From the IMG/VR virus record IMGVR_UViG_3300021962_000025, positions 64,001 to 128,000 of that record: a stretch of DNA of 64,000 nucleotides. One strand, 5' to 3'. How positions within the stretch are numbered: the first letter of the stretch is position 1; the number at the start of each line of letters is the position of its first letter. This stretch comes from a virus. Positions 18,279-27,600 of the stretch are shown piece after piece. The translations under genes were made by a program, and so were the position numbers. The notes under the pieces are model-generated. The model saw only the letters and a program-made list of their open reading frames with translations, did no database searches and was not told where the DNA came from.

Positions 18279-21089
18279 ATGGCAAATTCAAACAGAGTAT
18301 TCGTTTCTCCAGGTGTATACACATCAGAGAAGGATTTAACGTTCGTAGCACAGAGTGTGGGTGTAACCACATTGGGTTTAGCGGGTGAGACAATTCAAGG
18401 TCCCGCATTCGAACCAATACTAATAAGAAATTTTGATGAATTCAAAACGTATTTTGGTCCCACATCTCCCGTAAAATTTTCGGACGGTAATCCTAAATAT
18501 GAGTTAGGTTATGTGGCTAAATCATATTTACAAGAATCAAATCAACTTTTCGTAACAAGGGTTTTAGGTCTAACAGGATATAAACCAGTAAAAACTTTCG
18601 CAATCAAAACTTTAGGTGGTGTTACTGTGGATACAAACACATTAGTAACGGGTTTTACTGAGACTTTATCAGGAGACACTACATCAATTGTAAACAGTTC
18701 ATTCTATAACGACTTAGTAGATAAAGTCGCTGTGGATGGTAGTACAGTACCTAATTTTATCGACGACATTGCAGTAACTGATGGTACTTGGTTTACCATA
18801 GGTTATGTTAACCCTGATTATACGGCACCATTAACAGATTCATTACAGGTTACAGGACCTATTGGATCGAACAATAACAACAATTGGTACAACACATACT
18901 TTAAAGAAGATGGTTTAGGTGTTATTGATGGGGTGTATTCTTATCTCTTCGTTTATGATGCGTCATCAACGGGTTGGACAATAAACCAATATGAGTATTC
19001 TGCGGTTGAAAATAGTGATTACAAGGACGTTGTAGTTGCCGCTTTCAGATCTAGAGGATCATATAATGGGGAAACTTTAGAATTAGAGGTAACCGCAAAC
19101 GGTAATTTCACAGTAAGTTCTTCACAAATTGGTTCTAATCCTTTGGGTGAGTTCACCATTAACGTTAATGGAAGTACGAGTGGACCAAAAACATTCACAT
19201 GTACTATGGATACTACCTCCACAAAATACATAAGTAAAGTATTGGGTAATGAAGTTTTTGATAAGAAAAAAGGTGATTTCCCTGTCTACGTATTTGAGGA
19301 ATATCCAAAACTATTAAAATCATTGTACTCGTTAGGTTTAGTTAGAGGTTTAAGTACCTCCGTTATTTACCACGACGCATCTAATGACTTCGTTAATCAG
19401 TGGGAGACACCCGCTTCACCAACAGTAGTTTCTGAAGTAAGAGGTGGATCAGTTTCTGATTTGTTCAGTTTAATCAGTATTTCTGATGGTAACGCGGCCA
19501 ACTCACAAATTAAGATTCAAATTCAAAATATTGACATTGAAACGGGTGAGTTTGATCTCGTAGTAAGAGACTTTAATGATAACGACGATAATGTTGTTGT
19601 GTTAGAAAAATTCAGTAGATGTTCTATGAATCCTGATCTTCCAGGTTATGTGGCAAGAAAAATTGGAACTTCAGATGGAGAATACGAATTAAGATCAAAG
19701 TACGTAATGTTAAACATGTCAGAGGAACATCCTATCGATGCATTCCCTGCAGGTTTTAAAGGTTTCGTATCAGATTCGATTGGTGGGTCTAAACTTGGTA
19801 ATGTTTTGTTCAAAACAAAATATCACAACGCCGGAGACATCATTTCATACGATTCATTAGGTAATCCCGAATTAACTAATGGTGATAAAATTAGAAAGGT
19901 TGCTTTAGGTCTTTCCTCACAAACAGGATTTGACTCAGATTTATTTGAATTTAAGGGTAACACAGCAAATATAACAACTCACTCATTCCATTTATCAGTA
20001 AACGCGTCTTCAATCACAGGATTTAAGACAACACCTTACGATTTGGAGGGTGATAATAAAGGTCTTTTAGCAACTAAAACTTACAGAAAATTCGTATTTG
20101 CAGTATGTGGTGGTTTCGATGGATGGGATATCTATAGAGGAACAAGAACAAATAGTGACGGTTATATCTATGGAAAAAATACATACGTAAGTGGTAACAC
20201 AACAAACGGTGGTGTATTCAGTACTTCTGTTGGAAACTCTGATTACTACGCGTACCTTCAAGGAATTGAGACATTCTCTAACCCTGAATCAGTTGATATT
20301 AATATTTTCGCAACACCCGGTATTGATTTCTATAACCACAGTTCATTAGTTAATCAAACTATTGATATGGTTGAAGGTGATAGAGCGGATTCACTTTATA
20401 TTGTAAACGCACCTAATACAGATACCGTTGATGAAATCATCGATCAATTGGATACGGTAGATTTAGACACTAACTATACCGCAACATATTGGCCTTGGAT
20501 CCAAGTAAGAGACGGAGATAACGCAACTCAGTTGTTCCTTCCACCTACAGGTGAAGTCGTTAAGAACATTGCGTTAACTGATAATGTATCTTACCCATGG
20601 TTCGCAGTAGCGGGTTACCAAAGAGGTTTAGTAAACGCTATTAAGGCGAAGAAAAAACTTACTTTGGACAACAGAGATGAGTTGTATAAGGCGAGAATCA
20701 ACCCAATCGCAACTTTCTCCGATACAGGTACAATCATTTGGGGTAACAAAACCTTACAGGTTAGAGAATCCGCATTGGATAGAATTAACGTAAGAAGATT
20801 GTTACTTAGAGCAAGAAAACTTATTTCCGCAGTGGCAGTAAGATTATTGTTCGAACAAAATGACGAACAAGTTAGAAATGAATTCTTAAGATTGGTTAAT
20901 CCAATTTTGGAATCAATCAAGAAAGAAAGAGGTTTATATGAGTTCCGTGTAACGGTATCTAACGATCCAGAAGATATCGACGCAAATACTTTAAGAGGTA
21001 AGATTTATATCAAACCAACAAGAGCATTGGAATTCATTGACGTAGAGTTCTTAATAACTCCAACAGGAGCATCATTTGAGAATATCTAA
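18279..21089 (+). CDS. Tail sheath protein
   Basis: VSPGVYTSEKDL N-terminus; YWPWIQV, PWFAVAG, RINPIATF, WGNKTL, LDRINVRRLL, KPTRALEFI. Confidence 0.95.
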   Translation: MANSNRVFVSPGVYTSEKDLTFVAQSVGVTTLGLAGETIQGPAFEPILIRNFDEFKTYFGPTSPVKFSDGNPKYELGYVAKSYLQESNQLFVTRVLGLTGYKPVKTFAIKTLGGVTVDTNTLVTGFTETLSGDTTSIVNSSFYNDLVDKVAVDGSTVPNFIDDIAVTDGTWFTIGYVNPDYTAPLTDSLQVTGPIGSNNNNNWYNTYFKEDGLGVIDGVYSYLFVYDASSTGWTINQYEYSAVENSDYKDVVVAAFRSRGSYNGETLELEVTANGNFTVSSSQIGSNPLGEFTINVNGSTSGPKTFTCTMDTTSTKYISKVLGNEVFDKKKGDFPVYVFEEYPKLLKSLYSLGLVRGLSTSVIYHDASNDFVNQWETPASPTVVSEVRGGSVSDLFSLISISDGNAANSQIKIQIQNIDIETGEFDLVVRDFNDNDDNVVVLEKFSRCSMNPDLPGYVARKIGTSDGEYELRSKYVMLNMSEEHPIDAFPAGFKGFVSDSIGGSKLGNVLFKTKYHNAGDIISYDSLGNPELTNGDKIRKVALGLSSQTGFDSDLFEFKGNTANITTHSFHLSVNASSITGFKTTPYDLEGDNKGLLATKTYRKFVFAVCGGFDGWDIYRGTRTNSDGYIYGKNTYVSGNTTNGGVFSTSVGNSDYYAYLQGIETFSNPESVDINIFATPGIDFYNHSSLVNQTIDMVEGDRADSLYIVNAPNTDTVDEIIDQLDTVDLDTNYTATYWPWIQVRDGDNATQLFLPPTGEVVKNIALTDNVSYPWFAVAGYQRGLVNAIKAKKKLTLDNRDELYKARINPIATFSDTGTIIWGNKTLQVRESALDRINVRRLLLRARKLISAVAVRLLFEQNDEQVRNEFLRLVNPILESIKKERGLYEFRVTVSNDPEDIDANTLRGKIYIKPTRALEFIDVEFLITPTGASFENI

Positions 21090-21107
21090 TAAGAATAAAA
21101 AGGAAAA

Positions 21108-21127
21108 GGGGGTTCTCACGAACCCCC
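21108..21127 (+). terminator. GC-rich hairpin after the sheath gene
   Basis: GGGGGTTC-TCAC-GAACCCCC. There is no clear U-tract on the + strand, so it may be a stabiliser or a minus-strand terminator. Confidence 0.45.
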
Positions 21128-21303
21128 CTATCCAAAAGTAAAAATTGAGATGACACCCAGTATGATACTGGTTTTATAATACTAGATTATTAATTACTAA
21201 TATTTTTTATTCTAGTATTTACTGGGTAAATAAAATTTACGGAAAAAAAACGACATAGTCAAGTAAGTTTCCAAAAGAAAATAAAATATTTCCCCGAAAG
21301 GGA

Positions 21304-21311
21304 TATTTATA
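21304..21311 (+). promoter_or_regulatory. Putative late promoter motif TATTTATA (tube)
   Basis: 32 nt before the ATG at 21344. Confidence 0.55.
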
Positions 21312-21343
21312 ATAAAGAATAACAAGATAACAAAAATATAGAC

Positions 21344-21832
21344 ATGGCAGATTTATTAATGAAAATGCCGGTTCCTTACGAACCGAAAAGAGTTAACCGA
21401 TTTATCGTTAGATTCCCTTCTTCATTGGGTATCAACGAGTGGTATGTTACTTCGGCAGCTAGACCAAGTGCGAAAATCAACTCAGTTGAGATTCCCTTCT
21501 TGAATACTTCAACTTATGTTGCAGGTAGATTTACTTGGAACGAGTTAAGAGTTAAATTTAAAGACCCAATCGGACCTTCAGCATCTCAAGCGTTGATGGA
21601 GTGGTTCAGATTACACGCAGAGTCTGTAACAGGTAGAATGGGTTACGCTGCGGGGTATAAAAAAGACATCGAATTAGAGATGTTAGATCCTACAGGTGTT
21701 GTTGTTGAAAAATGGATTCTCCAAGGAACATTTATCACCGATTTGAATTTCAACGAATTGGACTATAACAACGATGCGTTAGCGACTATTGACTGTTCAT
21801 TGAGAATGGATAGATGTATCCAAGTTTACTAA
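21344..21832 (+). CDS. Tail tube protein (gp19-like)
   Basis: 162 aa directly after the sheath. YEPKRVNRF, RPSAKI, YVAGRFTWNEL, YKKDIELEMLDPTGVVVEKWILQGTFIT. Confidence 0.9.
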   Translation: MADLLMKMPVPYEPKRVNRFIVRFPSSLGINEWYVTSAARPSAKINSVEIPFLNTSTYVAGRFTWNELRVKFKDPIGPSASQALMEWFRLHAESVTGRMGYAAGYKKDIELEMLDPTGVVVEKWILQGTFITDLNFNELDYNNDALATIDCSLRMDRCIQVY

Positions 21833-21858
21833 GAAAAAAATCTGTCTAATATTTATAG

Positions 21859-21884
21859 GGGATCCTTTAGGGGATCCCTTTTTT
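21859..21884 (+). terminator. Rho-independent terminator after the tube gene
   Basis: GGGATCC-TTTAG-GGATCCC followed by a run of 7 T. Confidence 0.75.
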
Positions 21885-21935
21885 ATTTTAAAGTAGACTT
21901 TACTTTGATAGAAAATTTATTTAATTTTTACCTAT

Positions 21936-22694
21936 ATGGAAAATACGCATCAAAATGTTATTGACCCAACCATCCAATACGATGTGGTTGAACTGCCAAG
22001 TAGGGGTATTCTGTATCCCTCAAAAATAAAGGCAGTAAAAGTCGCTTATCTTACTGCCTCCGATGAGAATGTCTTAACATCACCGAATTTAGTGGCGTCA
22101 GGGAACGTAATAGATGAACTTCTAAAAAGAAAAATATTGACTAAAGAACTACCTATCAATGAACTAACAAGTGAGGATAGGCAAGCGATATTAATCTTTT
22201 TAAGGAATACCGCGTTCGGATCAGAATTAAAAATGAACGTCAGGGACCCAAAGACCGATGAATTGTTTGAACACGTTGTTGATTTATCAGTACTTACATA
22301 TAAAGACTTCGATATACAAGAGGATGAGAATGGGAATTACCCATATTATATGGAAAAATCCAAAACAAACATTACTTTCAACTTCTTGAAACAAAAAGAT
22401 GAGGAGGAATTAGACCTTATCGCTAAAAATTGGAATGGGTTGGGGACTGCACCAATCATTACCAAACGACTGGAAAAACTAATTAAGACTGTTGAGGGGA
22501 ACCCCGATCCAATGAATATTAGAAATTTTGTTGAAAAACTACCAATACTCGATTCTCAAAATTTCAGGAAATACGTAAATAAAATGAAACCCGGTGTCGA
22601 TCTGACACAAACTGTAATCGCCCCATCAGGAGAAAAAGTCACGTTTAATATTGACTTTGGGGTGGACTTTTTTCGGCCTTTCTACGGAGTATAA
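21936..22694 (+). CDS. Baseplate hub assembly / tail assembly chaperone (T4 gp26-like)
   Basis: VELPSRGILYP, YLTASDENVLT, DRQAILIFLRNTAFG, C-terminal FGVDFFRP. Lies between tube and tape measure. Confidence 0.7.
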   Translation: MENTHQNVIDPTIQYDVVELPSRGILYPSKIKAVKVAYLTASDENVLTSPNLVASGNVIDELLKRKILTKELPINELTSEDRQAILIFLRNTAFGSELKMNVRDPKTDELFEHVVDLSVLTYKDFDIQEDENGNYPYYMEKSKTNITFNFLKQKDEEELDLIAKNWNGLGTAPIITKRLEKLIKTVEGNPDPMNIRNFVEKLPILDSQNFRKYVNKMKPGVDLTQTVIAPSGEKVTFNIDFGVDFFRPFYGV

Positions 22695-22827
22695 AGGCGC
22701 GCTTATAATCGAAACAATTTTTTTGGTAAAAAAGGGGTTCTCTAATAGGGATATCCTTGAAATGCCCACTTATTTAAGAAGATACTATATAGAGAAAATT
22801 ATGGAGTTGGAAAACCCATCTAAATAA
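22669..22827 (+). CDS. Overlapping +1-frame ORF (FFGLSTEYKGALIIETIFLVKKGFSNRDILEMPTYLRRYYIEKIMELENPSK), probable frameshift extension of 21936..22694
   Basis: Translated by hand. It is open from the TTTTTTC run to TAA at 22825-22827 and has no 5' ATG. The FS..DI.EMP...RRYYI pattern resembles small hub/chaperone C-terminal segments. Confidence 0.6.
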   Translation, partial: FFGLSTEYKGALIIETIFLVKKGFSNRDILEMPTYLRRYYIEKIMELENPSK

Positions 22828-22835
22828 TATTTATA
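22828..22835 (+). promoter_or_regulatory. Putative late promoter motif TATTTATA (tape measure)
   Basis: 4 nt before the ATG at 22840. Confidence 0.55.
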
Positions 22836-22839
22836 TAGT

Positions 22840-24645
22840 ATGGATGATGCAATTAAAAAAGCCGCACAAGAGAGACTCAAAGACCCAAATGTATCTGATG
22901 CTGAAAAGAGACAGATTGAGGCTGCCTTGAGGGCAGATCAAAATAATAGTGGTAAGAAAAATTCAGATCAAAGTGGGGATAGTTGGTTTACTCAATTATT
23001 ACAGGCATCAACTGCCGAATCTACGTATGCACCTTCCACACAATCCTACGGGTTGGCCGATATGCAGAAAGCATACAAGGAAGCTAAGGCAAAAAACAAA
23101 GATGGTGACAAGGAAGCGTCCGTATTAAAGAATATGGCAACAGCCATAGGATCTATGGTCGAGAATAGTGTCACTGATTATATCAAGGAACAAGAGTATC
23201 TTTTAAATAGAGTTAACGGTGAATTAGGACTTTCAGGTGAGTTATCGGAAGATTTCAGAGACGCTATTACAAATTCAATTCCTGAATTAGCAAGATTAGG
23301 AATTGAGTTCGATGAGTTAGTAAAAGGTTCGGAAAAGTTAGTTGAATCAACAGGACGTTTTGCGTTAGTTGGTACAGATATGTTAGTTAGAGCGGGTGAG
23401 GTAGCCCAAGCCTACGGAATGGACATGTCAGACGTTATTGAGTCATATGCAAGTTTTGAAAAGGTTGGTATAGGTGCGGCACAGGCGAACGAAGCGATAG
23501 CGGGTGCAGGTAAAAGATCATTAGAAGTCGGTATACAATCAAAGAATACAATTAAGGGTATTGAAGAGAACTTATCAAAATTAAATCAATACGGATTTGA
23601 AAATGGTGTCGAGGGATTAGAAAAGATGGTCCGTAGAGCCACAGAGGTTAGAATGAGTTTACAGACGGTATTTAATGTTGCCGACAAAGTATTCGATCCT
23701 GAAGGTGCGTTAGATTTGGCTGCCAATCTACAGGTTTTAGGTGGGGCATTTGGAGAATTCAATGATCCACTTAGATTAATGTACATGGCAACCAACGAAG
23801 TCGAAGGGTTACAAGGTGCTATTGAGGGGGTGGCACAAAACCTCGCCACATACAATGTTGAAACGGGTGGTTTTGAAGTTACGGGGGCAAACCTTAGAAT
23901 GGCGAGAGATATCGCAAAACAATTTGGTGTTGAGGTAAGTGAAATTAATAATATCGCAATAGCAACTCAAGAAAGGATGGCAGCGGCAACCTCACTTGCG
24001 GGGTTAGATATAGATGAAAAACAGGTTGAGTATTTGACGAATATTGCGAGAATGAAGGATGGTAAGATGCAAATCGAACTTTTAACTCCTGAACTACAAA
24101 AACAATTTAATGGGGCAACTTCAGTGGCGTTGGAAAGTTTAGATTCGGCAACTGCAGATATTCTATTAAAGTACCAAGACGATTTAAAACCAAAAGATGA
24201 GAAAGACTTGATAAGAGATCAAGTGGGGATGGTTAAAAACATCGACAGGAACTTAAATTATCTATCTCAACTAGCAAGAATAGAGGCGGGTAAGGTAGGG
24301 GACACACTATTTACAGAAATTTTCCAAGAAGATTTCAAATCCATGGGTCAAAATGTTAGTGAGTTCGTTTCAAAAGGGGCGGATGAAGTGGCAGCATTTA
24401 TTAAACAGGGTAGTGATTGGGTGGAAGGAGCGTCTGTTAATATTGTTAGAAACATTAAGGGTGAAAACAATACACAACAAACAACAAACTCTTCCAATGT
24501 TAGTGGTACAGTTACGGTAAACCACAACGTTGGATCTGCGATGGGGGCGGTTCAAAGGGCAATGTTCCAAGACCCACAAGTATGGTCTAATGGACTTTCA
24601 TTAGGAAAAAGAGATTTACTCCAAACGTCCTTTGAAATGCAATAA
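22840..24645 (+). CDS. Tape measure protein (probable)
   Basis: 601-aa helical Ala/Glu/Gly-rich protein after the chaperone, with FDPEGALDLAANLQVLGG and DPLRLMYMA motifs. Confidence 0.7.
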   Translation: MDDAIKKAAQERLKDPNVSDAEKRQIEAALRADQNNSGKKNSDQSGDSWFTQLLQASTAESTYAPSTQSYGLADMQKAYKEAKAKNKDGDKEASVLKNMATAIGSMVENSVTDYIKEQEYLLNRVNGELGLSGELSEDFRDAITNSIPELARLGIEFDELVKGSEKLVESTGRFALVGTDMLVRAGEVAQAYGMDMSDVIESYASFEKVGIGAAQANEAIAGAGKRSLEVGIQSKNTIKGIEENLSKLNQYGFENGVEGLEKMVRRATEVRMSLQTVFNVADKVFDPEGALDLAANLQVLGGAFGEFNDPLRLMYMATNEVEGLQGAIEGVAQNLATYNVETGGFEVTGANLRMARDIAKQFGVEVSEINNIAIATQERMAAATSLAGLDIDEKQVEYLTNIARMKDGKMQIELLTPELQKQFNGATSVALESLDSATADILLKYQDDLKPKDEKDLIRDQVGMVKNIDRNLNYLSQLARIEAGKVGDTLFTEIFQEDFKSMGQNVSEFVSKGADEVAAFIKQGSDWVEGASVNIVRNIKGENNTQQTTNSSNVSGTVTVNHNVGSAMGAVQRAMFQDPQVWSNGLSLGKRDLLQTSFEMQ

Positions 24646-24661
24646 GAAATAAGTTTAGATC

Positions 24662-24673
24662 TATTTATTTATA
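24662..24673 (+). promoter_or_regulatory. Two overlapping late motifs TATTTATT/TATTTATA
   Basis: 9 nt before the ATG at 24683. Confidence 0.55.
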
Positions 24674-24682
24674 AAACAATAT

Positions 24683-27600
24683 ATGCCGAGTTACTTAGAT
24701 TTTAATAGTACTAAAGCGTTTAGAGACTCTATGATCAATAGAACTCTACAACAACCGAATGGACCTCAAACGTTCACCGCCTCGTCATATTCTGTAAACA
24801 ATTTAACGGATTCATCAAATTTAGATCCGGGTAGTGTAGACACTAATTTAAATACATATTTAGCGATACCGGATAACCTAAATACATTCACCGCAGACAC
24901 ATTTGAAACGGTGGAAACTCTAAGAAATTTAACTCGTTTAAATGATTTGGGGTTATATCCATATTTTACTCAGGGGTCATATAATAGTTTAATAAGTATT
25001 ATGACAACTGATAATTATGATTCCGAATCTTCTCTTATGAAGTTTGCTGCGGAGACTATTAGAGAAAACCCAAATGGTCCCGTATTGGCGAGAATCACAC
25101 AGAATTTAGTTGCGGCAACATATGGTAGGGTAAGATTAATTGACGCGTTACAAGGGAACACCACAACGGCAATAAATCTATTGACAGGTAGGGAACCCTT
25201 AATAGAAAAGAATTATAAGATCACTGTCGCCAAGACTTTACCAGGTAAGGCAATAGACTTCTTACAAACTGTCGCGGGTGTTGAATTCCCGTGGAGTGAG
25301 ATACCCGGTGATTACTTAAGCAATCCCGCAAATCCAATTAACTATAGACCTGAAGCACAAACAACCGCGGGTCAAATTATACAAGACGTTACTGGTGTAC
25401 TTGGGTCATTAATTGGTATACAAAGAAGACCTAAGTTAAGTTCCAAACCCTCCGATCTGATGATTGATTACATGGGTTCAGGACAAAAAGATATTTTATT
25501 TGATAATCTAAGATTTTCAACATACGCACCCAATTATACCAAATCCGCTCGATCACAACAATCATCTAAACTTTTCAATTTTGTTAATCAAATCGGTGAC
25601 GCAATAAATGAAGTGTTAGGTGCGGGAGCACCTCCAGGTGTTGCCTATATCGGTGATGATAGGGGTGAGGATGTTAAATATGCAATGGGAGATTTTAATG
25701 ATAATCCTGTAAGAAGTGGATATTACTTATCATTAATGTTTGACCCCGCACAGGCGGAATTATTCCAAAAAGAACGAAACGTAAGTGAGGGTGGTGAAAT
25801 AGGTGGTAGACTTACATGGTATAGTAGTAAATCAAAGAACAAACTTGGAGCTAACAACGCCGAATATGGTGGTGAAAGGTCTAAACTAGAACAAAGTCTT
25901 TCAAACAAGTATAGTTTTAGGAGTGATTCTATAATGGGTAAGACCCAAGAGTTATTAGAAACAATGCCATCTGACGGAGGAGCATCTAGATCTCATGTGG
26001 CAAATGCAATTGACCAAACTAGTAGAATCTTTAAAGAAGGTGATGTTATGTTGTCTCGTGGTTCTGCGATTAAGTATGTTGATCAATACGGTGGTGAAAC
26101 AGGTGTAGAATACTGTAGAGTATGGACTAAGGATAGGGGATACATGAATATGTCTGACACTATGAAGAGAACAGGCAACATAAGAAAGTTTGATGATAGT
26201 GTTATGTCCACACCATGGAATTTAAATATTGCCCCAATGTCTAACGGTAACGGGTCGTTTGAAGGTTCCACTAACATTGTTAAGGGTGGTGACGGGTATT
26301 ATGCGAAAAAATACATGTTCTCAATCGAAAACTTAGCGTGGAAAACATCAAACACACCAGGATTTACCTATAGTGATTTACCTTATTGTGAAAGAGGTAA
26401 TAATGGGGGTAGAGTTATGTGGTTTCCACCATATGATTTAAAAGTTTCAGAACAAAATAACGCAAGATGGGATGAGAATAATTTCTTAGGTCGTCCCGAA
26501 CCAATTTATACGTATCAAAATACCTCTCGTTCGGGTCAAATTTCTTTTAAAGTGGTGGTAGACCACCCTAGTATCCTGAATTTGATGGTTAGTAAGGTGT
26601 TTAAGGATATGTCTGACGAAGAGGCGGACAATTATATAAACGCGTTTTTTGCGGGGTGTGAGGAGATAGATTTTTATAGTTTAATTAGAACATATACAAC
26701 TCTCACTAGTGAGGATTTAGATAAGATTAAAAAATATTTGGAGGGCGGATCTGACCCCGAAACAATTAAAAAATATAAGGTAGATGTTGAAGAAGTTGAG
26801 GTACCCGTAGACCCTAATCAAACTTCAGAACCCGTGACTCAATCTCCGGTGACAGAAACAGTTACTTTATATTTTAGGAATGACTACCCTAAAGGAAGTG
26901 GTGTAAGTGCTGAACACACATATACCACATTGTACGATCAATACATCGGATATTCGGGTAGTACAACATCTCCTCAGGACCAAACATACATGAAAGACTT
27001 AGAAAATGGTCTAAATAATTTGTTCACGTCACCTCTAACAAACGCAAAAAAGAATGACATGACTGTCATTTATGGTAGAAATGATTTAACAGGAACACCA
27101 GAAGACATAAGTTCTGTTTTGGAAAGGGCGGGTAAAGGTTTTGAAAAATTAAAACAAAATTATGATGGGTACATATCCCACATAGAAACACTAAAAACTG
27201 AAATTACAGAAGGTAAGGTTAAAGAATTAAAAATTAGTGTTTTATCGAGTACCTCTTCCGTTGCTGATGATGATTATAACGTAAAATTATCAATGAGGAG
27301 AACTCACAGTATTCTTAAGGACTTATTGTCCCTCTTATCAAAAAACAACACGGAACCAAAATGGACTTCAACCATTCCTGCCGCAGGAGTGGATAGAACA
27401 GTGTCCGTTGGTGAATACACATTTGCGGAACTCGGATATGAAGGTCTCGAGGGTAAATTAATTTTAAACGTAGACAATGTCGGTGAAAACCTTAAAATTG
27501 ATGGCAACACATTAGGTGGGGGTGAAGTTAATGTGGACTGTCATGGTGGTGAATTGAAGTCAAGTTCGTCACTTAAGAGAACCGCACCTGCAACGTTTTA

